Origin: Octopus vulgaris
Lineage: Eukaryota
Direction of reading: 5' to 3'
Length of the DNA stretch: 64,000 nt
NCBI GenBank assembly: GCA_951406725.2
Contig: OX597816.1
Span: 7,998,001 to 8,062,000, forward strand
The notes under the pieces: generated by a model
Database searches by the model: none
Told to the model about the DNA's origin: nothing
The model's input: the letters and a program-made list of their open reading frames with translations, nothing else
Shown here: piece after piece, positions 25,870-38,790 of the stretch
Layout of the letters: every line of letters begins with the position of its first letter
How positions within the stretch are numbered: the stretch's first letter is position 1
Position numbers and translations under genes: made by a program

Positions 25870-27110
25870 TCAGAAATGATTCTAGAAATGAAGCAAAAAG
25901 ACCGGATGAAAAGAATGGTTTCATTCATATTTTATTTCCAAAGAACACACACGTAATTCTAAAACATTATTTGGCATTTATAATGTTCCAGATCATTCCA
26001 GAATGTCGACACCCTTCAGATGTAAATTTATGTCGAAGTAGTTTACCCAGCACAAGTACCACTTCCTTAATAAAATCCATGGATTAGAGTGTAAATTCTA
26101 ATAGAAAAACCCTTCACCACATTTTCAAGCAACATGTTAAAGAAACAGATGGCCAAAGTAAGCAACCATGCTGGGGCTAAGAAACTATGATTTCTATTAA
26201 GGCTACGAATGATATCAGAATATTTTAGGATGAAGTAACTGAGGAATTTATGAACTGAATTTGAAAGGGGTCTTGGTCAGAAGAATGCAATGATTTTAGG
26301 GAATTTGATGCAGAGATAATAGCAGCAGACATCAATGTGATCGTTGAGTTGGACAATGAAGGGGGAATGCAAAATCTTAATGTGACAGTTTTCGAAATGT
26401 TAATATAGCGCTGATAGTAAAGAAAATTATCTGGAGAAGAGCTGCAGGAGTGAGAACATCCGAGTTAGAAGGCAGGGAGCTGGCAGAAACGTTAGCACGC
26501 TGGGCTAAATGCATAGCGGTATTTCGTATGTCGTTACGTTGTGAGTTCAAATTCCGCCGAGGTCGACTTTGCCTTTCATCCTTTCGTGGTCGATAAATTA
26601 AGTACCAGTTACGCACTGTGGTCGATATAATTGACTTAATACCTATGTCTGTCCTTGTTTGTCCCCTCTATGTTTAGCCCCTTGTGGGTAATAAAGAAAT
26701 AGGTATTTCGTATGTCTTTACGTTCTGAGTTCAAATTCCGCCAAGGTCGACTTTGCCTTTCATCCTTTCGGGTTCGATAAATTAAGTACCAGTTACGCAC
26801 TGTGGTCGATATAATCGACTTAATCCCTTTGTCTTTGTTTGTCCCCTCTATGTTTAGCTCCTTGTGGGCAATAAGAAAATAAGGAGTTAGAACACCCAAA
26901 CAACCTCAGCAAAATTACGGGAATCATAGGCCATGTTTACTGAGAAAGACCCTGACCGGGAGTGCCAATGGAGGCGAAGAGAACAGCCTGATAATGTGAA
27001 TTACTTTGTGAGATAAGATTCAAAGAAACGCAGACGACATTAGATATGATAAAACGACATTTCATGCACCTTCGTCAATTTTATTCGTTATGACCACTTT
27101 TAAATTAATG
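25870..27110 (+). pseudogene. Highly degraded pogo/Tigger transposase, interrupted by a SINE-B dimer
   Basis: Residual TTSLIKSMD*SV (TTSLIQPMDQGVI-like), DEVT, ECNDFREFDAE and EKDPDRE motifs. The SINE at 26468-26885 is flanked by GAGTTAGAA on both sides. Confidence 0.55.
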
Positions 27111-27995
27111 GAGAGAAGACCTATGTAGGGATAATTAAAATTAACTAATTTATCTTGTTTCAAAATTTTTTTAGCATAGATCTTAATTGAGCTTATTTTT
27201 AATTTTATTATAATTTTAGGTCATAATGTATAACATGTGAAGTAAGCTTAAATGGTTGGAAGGTGTGGTGGTGAGTCACTGGATTTTCCAGTTGTATAGC
27301 GCTGTTTATCATATTCATTTATATTTGCATTGTCACCAAAAATAGCCACGAACCCCTCGATATGTTACATTTATCCCGTAATGTGATGTCTTGTTTTATA
27401 TTGCAGTTTTAGGAACGTATCTAGAGAGCTAATTGAGGTATATATATATATATATATAGCAATTAGCAAATAACGTAATCGGATATACATATTTTATCCT
27501 TATGAAAAAAAAAAAGTGTTGTTGAATCTATTTGTGAAAAAAACTAAACAATAGGTGTAGGCGTAGCTGAGTGGTAAGAAGCTGGCTCCCCCCAACCACT
27601 TGGTTCCAGGTTCAGTTCCACTGTGTGAGTTTTAGATTTTTCACAACTAGACTCAACAACATTTTTTCTTAGTATTCTCTTGATCTTTCATAAGGATAAA
27701 ATATGTAAATCCGAATATGTTAATTGCTATTTCCTCCATCAAGTCTTCTGCAACAATAATAATAATCTTTTGATGCAAGTTTTTTGCACTGAAGAGAACA
27801 GTGATATGTAATTAATTTAATTTAATTTAATTTAAATCCTAATCATTCTACCATGTTATTTACATGTTAATATTCCTGTTTGAAACGATCGTATGCATGT
27901 ATTAAAATTCTTTTTTAAATTTTAACATCTCTTCTCCATCTTTAACAGTTTGTTGAGTATCTATGGGATGCCTTTCCATAAATTCTCAACACACA

Positions 27996-28042
<47 letters not shown>

Positions 28043-28074
28043 CTATTTTAAACACACACAAAACCCGTTAGATT

Positions 28075-28146
<72 letters not shown>

Positions 28147-28251
28147 CATATATATATACAGTAATCAAAATGGAGAAAAATTGATCAACAATTGACTTAC
28201 ATCAATTATTATTTTTTAATTCAGTACAAAAAAGAATGGTAAATACGATAA

Positions 28252-28299
<48 letters not shown>

Positions 28300-28980
28300 T
28301 CTGTGAACAATAATAGATTTAAGCACAAAAAAAAAAATAACACTTTCAAAAGAACACGCATGCTACATACTCCTACCATCACCACTACACTTGTTTCACT
28401 ATATACATCTCTGCATGCACGTCCAACGTCAGTATATATGGCAATATTTAGACATAAATATGTCAAGGATCGCTTGGTTCAGCGACACGGCGTGCCTAGC
28501 TGCAATTCAAGAGGTACTTCGGTCGATAGTCTGAAGTGACATACGGGAAGTCTTTTAAGGCGGTGAGTTGGCAGAAACGTTAGTATGCCGGATGAAGTGC
28601 TAAGTGGCATTTCGTCCGTCTTTACGTTCCGCCACGTTCGACTTTGCCTTTCATCCTTTCGTGGGTGGATGAAATACGTATCTGTGGAGCACTAGGCGGG
28701 TCACTGTAATCGACTTCCCCCTACCTCGAAATTGCTGGCCTTGTGCTAAAATTTGAAATATATATAAATATACTTATTCCCTTTTATTCTCTTTTACACG
28801 TTTAAGGTATTTGACTGTGGCCATGCTGGAGTACTAGCTTTAGTCGGAGAAATCGACCTCTCGACATAAACAAACCAACATCGGTTGTCAAGCGATAGTG
28901 GGGCGACAAACACATACACACCCACACACCCACACATATATATATACATACATATATATATATATGTGTGTGTGTATATA

Positions 28981-29025
<45 letters not shown>

Positions 29026-29353
29026 CATATACACATAGACACACACACACACACACACACACACGTACACATAAATACACACAAGACGGAGAGGTGAGCA
29101 AAAAGCTTAGCTATATTTCGTCCGTCTTTACGTTCAGAGTTCAAAATCTTCCGCTGTCGACTTTGTCAGTCAGCATTTCGGGGTCGATAAAATAAGTACT
29201 AACTGAGCACCGGAGTCGATGTAATCGTCTTACCTCCTCCCACTAAATTGCTATCCTCGTGCTAAAATTTGAAACCAATATTTAAATATTTGTACAAGGT
29301 CGAGAGCTGGCAGAATTGTTAGTACTTCGGGCAAAATGCCTAGCGGCTTTTCG

Positions 29354-29425
<72 letters not shown>

Positions 29426-29519
29426 GAATCCAAACAAAGAAGAACGAACATGAAAAATCAACGTGAGAACGTGGTATAAGTAATGTATTATCAGACGCTC
29501 AGGAAAGGAAAGAAAGAGG

Positions 29520-29554
29520 ATTTAATGTTTCGAGCAAAGCTCTTCTTCAGAAAT
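29520..29554 (-). ncRNA. Minimal hammerhead ribozyme motif (CUGAAGA)
   Basis: Minus strand: attt-CTGAAGA-A-GAGC-ttt-GCTC-GAAA-C-ATT-aaat, in a (TA)n-flanked element at about 29423-29630. Confidence 0.6.
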
Positions 29555-29625
29555 AGAGGAAAGTCCAAAAGAAGGGAAGACGGAGGAAGAAAATCACCAA
29601 CGATTCACGTGTGGTTACATTTTGA

Positions 29626-29695
<70 letters not shown>

Positions 29696-29928
29696 CTACG
29701 GAGATGTACTTGCATAGTAAGTGACCTGATGTGAGGTCGTGCGCTAAAACGAAAACAACTGCAGTGTGGGAAGTGTTCACAAGCCATTTAAAAACACACA
29801 AAATCCGTTAGATTCACTTCAACATTTAAATTTAATCTATCAAAATATTTTTGTCGCTTTGATACCGCGACCTGTTCACTTACAAAATTCCGTGCAGGAC
29901 GGAATTTACAGATATTTATTTATATATT

Positions 29929-29981
<53 letters not shown>

Positions 29982-30164
29982 TATCACTTAGATCAGATTT
30001 GAAAACCCCACTAGAATGGGAGAAAGCGCTAATGATCTAAGTGATATGATATATATATATATAAAATGTAATATATAAATAAATATCTGTAAATATAAAC
30101 CATCCGATCTTCTGATTACCTCATTTCTTCTAATATATAATACCTGTACATCATCTCCAAACCT

Positions 30165-30297
<133 letters not shown>

Positions 30298-30689
30298 ACA
30301 GGAGTGGCTGTGTGGTAAGTAGCTTGCTAACCAACCACATGGTTGCGGGTTCAGTCCCACTGCGTGGCATCTTGGGCATGTGTCTTCTGCTATAGCCCGG
30401 GCCGACCAATGCCTTGTGAGTGGATTTGGTAGACGGAAACTGAAAGAAGCCTGTCGTATATATGTATATATATATATGTGTGTATGTGTATATGTTTGTG
30501 TGTCTGTGTTTGTCCCCCTAGCATTGCTTGACAACCGATGCTGGTGTGTTTACGTCCCCGTTACTTAGCGGTTCGGCAAAAAGAGACCGATAGAATAAGT
30601 ACTGGGCTTACAAAGAATAAGTCCCGGGGTCGAGTTGCTCGACTAAAGGCGGTGCTCCAGCATGGCCACAGTCAAATGACTGAAACAAG

Positions 30690-30738
<49 letters not shown>

Positions 30739-30740
<2 letters not shown>

Positions 30741-31121
30741 GTAATCTCACGCCATATCGCGGTCCACCTATCTCGCAGTCAGAGCATCGCGGATTTTTCT
30801 CGCTAGTATATGTAAAATTCTATCGCAGAATATATCCTAAATATAATCGCTGGTTTCTGCAGCCGATAGGCATTTATATATATTTTTAGATTATAATTAT
30901 TTCTGTGGAGAAAACGGACGCTGCAACAACCAAAGCCTCCGCCACGGATCCCAACAGCCGCTTCCATGCAAGAATCGGCCTTATTTGTCATCAAAGGCAT
31001 AAACACGGACAGAGGGGAAGACGTTGTCAAGAAACCAAAATAAACGATAAAACGCCGCAGCCGCCGATATTTCTGTGGGAGGTTTTGAAACGTGACGTCC
31101 GCGATAGTCGAGGGATTACAG
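30739..31121. mobile_element. Tigger/pogo-type MITE
   Basis: Imperfect TIRs CAGTAATCTCACGCCATATCGCGG and CCGCGATAGTCGAGGGATTACAG in a TA-rich context. A similar terminus lies at about 40-90. Confidence 0.6.
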
Positions 31122-31688
31122 TGTATATATATAGTAAATATATATACATTTTTCCCCAATATAGAATAGCTGTTTGTATCTAAACACGATTAAATTACTT
31201 CTACTTAACTAAACAGGAAATGAATACTTGCTCGATTAAAGAGAACATATCATTTCATATAATATAGAATTGTTTTCGCCGGGAAGTCAGTTTCTCAAAT
31301 TTTTCTTTCAAGGACATTTTCGAGGGAAATAAAAATTCGAACAGTCTCTCTTTTGGTGGCATATGTCTGTGTGTCTGTGTGTGTAATTGTGCGTGTGCAT
31401 GTATATGAATGTGTAATTGTATGTGTAGGCGTAGGCGTGGCTGTGTGGTAAGAAGATTGCTTCCCAACCACATGGTTCCAGGTTCAGTCCCACTGTGTGG
31501 CAACTTGGGTAAGTGTCTTCTACTATAGCCTCGAGCTGACCAAAGCCTTGTGAGTGGATTTGGTTGACAGAAACTGAAAGAAGCCCATTGTATACATACA
31601 TACATACATACATACATACATACATACATACATACATACATACATACATACATACATACATACATGCATACATACATACATACATACA

Positions 31689-31720
<32 letters not shown>

Positions 31721-31804
31721 CACATACATACATAAATATACATACATACATACATACATACATACATACATACATACATACATACATACATACATACATA
31801 CATA

Positions 31805-31909
31805 CCTTGTTGTTGATGTTGAAATTCCAATGGAAGAGCCTTGGATCTAGGTTAGAAACCAGCTCCTTCTCTATTGGCAAGAAATCTTGAAATATTACTG
31901 AACAATGAC
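31805..31909 (+). mobile_element. 3' UTR fragment of the (TACA)n-associated RLE LINE
   Basis: GTTGATGTTGAAATTCCAATG...GGATCTAGGTTAGAAACC...GGCAAGAAATCTTGAAATA matches 60250-60350 and is flanked by (TACA)n. Confidence 0.75.
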
Positions 31910-31980
31910 ATACATACATACATACATACATACATACATACATACATACATACATACATACATACATACATACGTACGTT

Positions 31981-32853
31981 ATGGCTGCCCCCTCGTGATC
32001 GAGTATGGTCATTGCACGATGCTTAACTGTTACTGGTGCTGTGATCGAATGTGACTTTTTAGCCCAGCTAAAGATCTACAATGTCTTGTACAGAATTGGC
32101 AACTAAAACCTTTACCGGTAATAGCTGGCTGTAGTTGTAACTGGGCTTCATGTACCTTTGCATGTCGTTTAAGCCCTCCTGCCGAATTACACTCTCTTCC
32201 ACATGCCCGACAGATATGATTAGTATGGTGTGTAACACCACCACCAGTGGCCAGGTTGTCACTCATCTGTCTCGCTTTATGACTACGAAGATGACGCTTG
32301 AGTCCAGCTTTACTGAGGCAGGGTCTTGCACAGACATTGCATGTCAGCATCAAAGGAAGGCCCTTCCCTTCTGGAAGTGTAACAGCGATGCCCTTCCTGA
32401 CATCCCTCCTTACTTTCTCATGTGCAACTCGAGATTTCTCAAAAGTGGCTGTCCCCTCGTGCACAATCCTTCTCCACCTGCTACAATCAATAGCTATGCC
32501 CTCTCATGTGTCAGGAGAGATGCAAGCATCTCTTAAGGAAGCCTTCAGCAAGTCCTTATACCTCTTTTTTTGGTTTATGTGGAGGTCGTTCTCCTTTAGC
32601 TAACTCTCCATAAAAGAGTTGTTTTGGCATCCTTGAATCCTTCATATGACCAGATGACTACTCCATCTGAGCCTTTGCTTTAACACAAGAGCTTCTATAC
32701 TTTCACACCGAGACGTGGGTCACATATCGATACCACCTTAAACAACTGGAACGTTTCCATCAGATGTGCCTCAGACGGATCTATGGCATTAAGTGGAAGG
32801 ACCGCATCAGTGATCTTGAAATATTGGAAGGCTCTCGGTGTGAAAGTATAGAA
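31981..32853 (-). mobile_element. RTE LINE 3' portion with a 5' inversion and three C-terminal C2H2 fingers
   Basis: Minus strand 32713-31981: SIEALVLKQRLRWSSHLV...MPKQLFYGEL...KPKKRYKD...three CxxC/H-H fingers. Plus strand 32710-32853: ETWVTYRYHLKQLERFHQMCLRRIYGIKWKDRISDLEIL, the adjacent upstream part of the ORF in inverted orientation. Confidence 0.88.
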
Positions 32854-33346
32854 ACATACGTACGTACATACATACATACATACATACAAACATACATACA
32901 CACATACATACACATATACATACATGCATATGTTTGTATCTTTGTCTGTGTTTGTCCCTCACCACCGCTTCACAACCGGTATTGGTGTATTTACGCCCCC
33001 ATAATATAGCGTTTCGACAAAAGAGATCGATAAAGTATGTACCAGGCTTACAAAAGAAACAAGTAAGTACAGGGTTTGATTCGTTCGACCAAAATTCTTC
33101 GAGGCTGTGCCCCAGCATGGCCGCAGTCTAATAACTGAAACAAGTGAGAAGTTTTCTACTTGTTTTTTTTTTTTAATTGCTAAGTCTTTGATCAGATCCT
33201 CACTTTGACACCATGAACACTTCAAAATTATATTTCCGATCATATAAACCATTTTGAATATTATTTCAGCAAGTTTAAAGTGATTAATTTAGTGCCGTAA
33301 ACCATTTACTATTTCTGTCCCCGCCTTCTCTTGATGTCCTAAGCAC

Positions 33347-33946
33347 CAGGGCCGTCACTAAGCCCCTGCAATCCTTCTGGTCGCAGCGGGCCCTTCGCGG
33401 TTGAGGGGCCCCAAGTTAGGATCAAAGTACGTAGATGAGTCATCTATTTATTTTGACTTAGACGTCGAACAAGAATTAAATTATGTTTACTGAAATTTTC
33501 AAGAAATAGAATGATAATAATACATTGTACCTGCAAAAGTTCTTGTAAAAATATTAGTCTGTACCACGAACGTGAACCAGATTTTGTGAATTATCTGTGA
33601 TATCTATTGAATCAAGCTCTCAGCCTGATTATTCTGAACTGATCAATGATTTCGTGAAGCGAAAAGTGCGCCATGTTTGTCTTTGAAACTTGCCTGGATT
33701 ATAAAAGTGGTCTTTTATTCATATCTGGAAGCTTTACTTAATGAAATTTGTAATAGACACAAATAAATTTAACTGGTTGTATTTTTAAAGATGTTCTTTA
33801 GAATAACGTGAAGTATTCAACGATAGAATAAAGTAAAATACAGCTATGAATAAAAGGTGCATAGATTATGAACTTTGATCGAAGGGATGGGGCCTCGAAA
33901 CAAAAACTTGCAGGGGGGGGCCTCTAAAAGCCAAGTGGTGGAGCTG
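33347..33946 (+). mobile_element. Internally deleted hAT element with 8-bp TSD
   Basis: CTAAGCAC|CAGGGCCGTCACT ... AGTGGTGGAGCTG|CTAAGCAC. Internal ELSVISIES...DYSELINDFVKRKVR resembles a hAT C-terminus. Confidence 0.8.
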
Positions 33947-36267
33947 CTAAGCACGTGCTTTTCCCCCCGAGCAAATGGTATCAGAAAGGATGGTTATCTT
34001 GATTGCTTATGCTAATCACGTGCTGCTCGAAACGGAACTGATCTTTTAATGTGTTGGCGCTCTTCTGTGAACCGCAAAGAAACTTTACACGTTGTGGCTT
34101 TCGTCTGGGTCACACAAGAAACGATTGATTCCCAACATTGTTTATAACGAAACACGGTTTGATACAACATACAGTTCATTCCCGGTTTCAAGGACTGTTA
34201 CCCACAACAGAAATAATTAGAGTTAAATAGGTTAATTTAATTAAGCAGTAAAATATTTCAACTATTGGTTGCTGTCGTAGTTTTTACGTGATTGACAGCA
34301 CGATAGAAAAACTAAAAATATATTTTTGCAATTTCCTCATACAGAATACATCCGGTTGTAAATCTTTATCTAATGACTAAACTATAAGAATAGGAGAAAA
34401 CAAAACCGCAATTCATAGAAGTTCAGTGTTCCTTCTCGAGCCACGCCTGGCTCAGAAGGGCCGGTTTTTCTGTTTCCTTGGCGTATAGGTTCCCCACCTG
34501 GACGGGACGCCGGTCCGTCGTAGGTGAGCTGCAAGATGCAGGAGGAAAGAGTGAGAGAAAGTTATGGCTAAAGAGTTAGCAGAAGTTTGCCATTACCTTC
34601 TGCCGGAGCTGCGTGGAGCTTAGGTGTTTCGCTCATAAACACATCACTCGGTCGGAGATTCGAACCCGCGATCCCTCGACCGCGAGTCCGCTGCTCTAAC
34701 CACTACACCATGTGCCTCCACATAGAAGTTCATTGAATTGAAGCTGCAGAGTTGTGTGCTTAAAACGTTCCTTTCGTAACTAAAGGATTCTGATTTCGAT
34801 CTTGTTGTACTCATGATCGCAAGATCGCGGTTTCAATTCCCAGACCGGGTGGTGCGTTGTGTTCTTGAGCAAAACACTTCATCTCAGATTGTTCTACGAT
34901 CACTTCGACACCTGACGCGTGGCCCACAATGCACCTGTTCAGGTAAAGTTGATTTGATGGAGAGAGAGTGAGCTTAATGTGTGGCGCGGACATTTGATTA
35001 CTGTAAACCATGGGTCACCAAACTACGGCCCACAACATTAATTTGTCCAGCTCGCCATCATATGCTGAAAAACAAATAAACATGCTTTTATACGGCTTCT
35101 TACACTTCTTAGATTACGCATGTCGTATGTATACCGAGTCAGTCACTTCACATGCTATGTATCTCACGCGCCATAATAGTTACTACAGTACATCACGTGT
35201 GCCTCGGGTTAATCAGTTATTAAAAAATAATGAATAAATAAATGCGCCCTTTTAAAGCCTAGCCAGGCTCATGGGCCCGGTTTCCCGGTTTCCATGGCAT
35301 ATGTGTTCCCCAGCTGGATGGGACGCCAGTCCATCACAGCGTTACTCATTTTTGCCAGCTGAGTGGACTGGAGTAGCGTGAAATGAAGTGTTTTGCTCAA
35401 GAACACAACGCGTCGCCCGGTCTAGGAATCGAAACCACAATCTTACAATCATGATGCTGACACCCTAACCACAAAGCCACGCGCCTCCACGGTCAGTTAT
35501 TAGTGTGTGGTGACGTCATTCTTCAGTGTGCGTGTGCGGGGCTGGAACCTTCTGGAAAGGCCTGCGGAAGTTCCCTAATACACATGCGCTAAAAACTGGG
35601 AAGAGAAAATTCTATGGCGTTCGTTGAAGAGAGAAGACGTGTTTAACGTGTTATCAGCCTATTCTCCTGTCCCAGACGCTTGGGATTTGACCGGCTCTGT
35701 TGCTGCTGGAGTTGTTGTGAGGTTCATCTTTACAAATGTTTAACTTCAGTCTTGCTGTACCTACACCAAGTGGTTACCAATTTACCAACGTGCCTTCTTT
35801 ATGTAAATAACGAAACAAAGTGTCATATTTTTTAAGGTTGCTTTCTTGTTCCTGACTCCGGTAGTTTTTGGAAACAAAGAAGGAAATTGTGTTGCACCCA
35901 AACAGTGCAAAAGACCCAACCTGTTCCAGACAGTTCCTTAACAAGTGATTACAATTTCTTTATTTATTGCCCACAAGGGGCTAAACATAGAGGGGAGAAA
36001 CAAGGACAGACAAACGGATTAAGTCGATTATATCGACTCCAGTGCGTAACTGGTACTTATTTAATCGATCCCGAAAGGATGAAAGGCAAAGTCGACCTTG
36101 GCGGAATTTGAACTCAGAACGTAGCAGCAGACGAAATACTGCTAAGCATTTCGCCCGGCGTGCTAACGTTTCTGCCAGCTTGCCGCCTTCATTAGCGATT
36201 ACAATTAAAACGAGAATATCGGACGCCGAGGCCTAAAACTGCTGTTGTTTTTTCTTCACCCGTCGTT

Positions 36268-37840
36268 GTGGCTACTAAGAAGAGAAAGGTTGATGATGAA
36301 TGTCGCATTTTCAATAAAGAATGTAGAGAAAAGTACTTCTTTGTGGAAAGAAACGACCAGAAAGCTAGTTGCCTGATAAGCAACGACAGTGTTGCTGTTA
36401 CGAAAGAGTACAATATTCGTCGCCACTACGAAGTGAGACATCTCTCAACACATTCTAAATATTCTGGAAAGTTGCGGTCCGAGGCGGTCCGAGAAATTTG
36501 AATCTATGAAACGTAATTTGGAATTTCAAAGGAATTTCTTTACGAAAAAGTTTGTTGCAAATGAATCTATCATTCGTGTAAGTTGCAAAGTAGTGAATAA
36601 GTTGGCAGAGCGAGGGAAACCATTTACTGACGGAAAATTTCTAAAAAAAGTGCATAACGGAAGGAATAAATGACTTGTGTCCTGTAAAAGCTAACATGTT
36701 TGGCTGTATCAGCCTTTCAGCAAGTTCAGTTGTGTGGAGAATAGAAGAATTTGGAGAGAATATACAGTTACAGATACATGAGAAAGCTAAGAAATGTTTG
36801 TGGTACTCTCTTGCAGTAGATGAGTCTGCTGATCTCTCTAATACGTCACAACTTCTTGCGTTCATTCGTGGTATTAATTGCAACTTTGAGATTATAGAAG
36901 GAATGGCATCCGTTTGCATCATACATGGAACAACTCTTTTACTTGTTTCAGTCATTTGACTGTGGCCATGCTAGAGCACCGCCTTTAGTCGAGCAAATCG
37001 ACCCCAGGACTTATTCTTTGTAAGCCAGGACTTATTCTATCGGGGTCTTTTGCTGAACCGCTAAGTTACAGCGACATAAACACACCAGCATCGGTTGTCA
37101 AGTGTTGTTGAGGGGACAAACACAGACACACAAACATATACACACACACATATATATACATATATACGACAGGCTTCTTTCAGTTTCCGTCTACCAAATC
37201 CACTCACAAGGCTTTGGTTGACCCGAGGCTATAGTAGAAGACACTTGCCCAAAGTGTCACGCAGTTGGATTGAACCCGGAACCATGTGGTTGGTAAAGAA
37301 GCTACTTACCACACAGCCACTCCTACGCCAATTGGAGAAGATATTTTCATAGAGGTGCAGAAAACCTTGCAAAACTACAACCTTCAGTGGAATCAGCCTC
37401 GGTGTGTTACAGTCGATGGAGGAAAAAACATGGCAGGAGTGAGGAAGGGTTTGGTGAGGCGGATCCAGACCAAGTTGGAGGAGCTTCAACTTCCGAAAGC
37501 TCTGTTTATACACTGCATTTTACATCAGCAAGCACTCTGTGGAAAACACTTAGATATTTCTTGCGTACTAAAACCGGTTACAACTGTGGTGAACTTTATT
37601 TGGAATCATGGGCTTAATCACCGACAGTTTCAGGCTTTCCTTGAAGAAATGGATTCTAATTTCTGTGACTTGCCTTGCTACACAGAAGTGAGATGGCTCA
37701 GTTGCGGTAAAGTCCTGTTTCGTTTTTATAAGCTCCGAAGAGAAACAGATCTTTTTCTCGCCAAAAAGAATAGAGCTGATCCACAGCTGTCAGATCCTTC
37801 ATGGTTATCAAAGTTGTCATTTTTAGTTGACGTCACTTTT
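36268..37840 (+). pseudogene. hAT (Buster/SPIN/GTF2IRD2-like) transposase, frameshifted and interrupted by a SINE
   Basis: KRKVDDECRIF...CLI...KEYNIRRHY (BED-like), YSLAVDESADLSNTSQL, HGTT|GEDIF split by the SINE at 36934-37329, VTVDGGKNMAG, HCILHQQALC, EVRWLSCGKVLFRF. Confidence 0.9.
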
Positions 37841-38790
37841 CATATTCTGAGGCATATCACGATATTAGCGGTCCTTCCTGAACTGTTGAAGGGTGAGGTT
37901 TGTCCTCTCCGTCACCCCAAAGCAGTGGCGGAACAGGTACTTGGTGAAGGGCTTCTTGGAATTAGAAATCACCTGCTGGTCCATGGGCCGCAGGATAGGG
38001 GTGGTGTTGGGGGCGGAAGGTAGAGAACCTTTATAAACTTGAACTCTTCGAGGATGTCATCTTCGGGGATGTCATCTTCGAGGTGAGGTGGGTGAGCAGG
38101 TGCATTAACCAGGACGAGAAGTGCCTGCAGAGGCAGGTTATTTTCCCGGAGATATTTCTTAACATTAGGATCAAAGACCAGATTCACTTTTTACACAAAG
38201 AACTGCCTGGTGACCCACGCCCTCGGGTTTGCTCTCCACATAACCTGCAGTTTTTCTTTCAGAATCTTATGTGATTTAAAGGTTCTGGAGTTTTCCGAAT
38301 GATAAACGAGCAGCGGCTCCATCTTGCAGTCGCCGCTAGCATTGGCGCACAGTGCGAGGGTTAGCCTATCCTTCATGGGTTTGTGGCCGGGCACCCTCTT
38401 CTCTGCCGTTTTATAAGTCCTCCTTGGTATCTTCCAAAAACGTCCTGTCTCGTCACAGTTGAAGAGTTGTTGGGGGATGTATCCTTCAGCTGCTTAAATT
38501 CCAGCAAAATTTTGAGGTAATCCTCAGCTGCCTTCATGTCGGCGCTCGCTGTCTCACCATGCCAAATAAGGGAGTGAATGCCGGTCCTCTTTTTAAAATT
38601 CTCGAACCAGCCCCGACTGGCTTTAAATGTCTCACCCGATGCCTCGTCCGTACAAGTGCCTGGGATCTGCGTAAATAGCTCGTGCCCACTTGCAGATTAT
38701 AGCCTCCGTCACGGTGTCTCCTACAAAGTGCTTCTCTGTCAATCACACCATCAGAAAGTTCTCCATATTTTCATAGATGCCGGATGTTTA
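37841..38790 (-). pseudogene. Tigger1/TIGD1-like pogo transposase fragment
   Basis: FKASRGWFENFKKR, FNCDETGRFWK, PGHKPMKDRLTLALCANASGDCK, MWRANPRAWVTRQFF, LLVLVNAPAHP. Confidence 0.9.
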
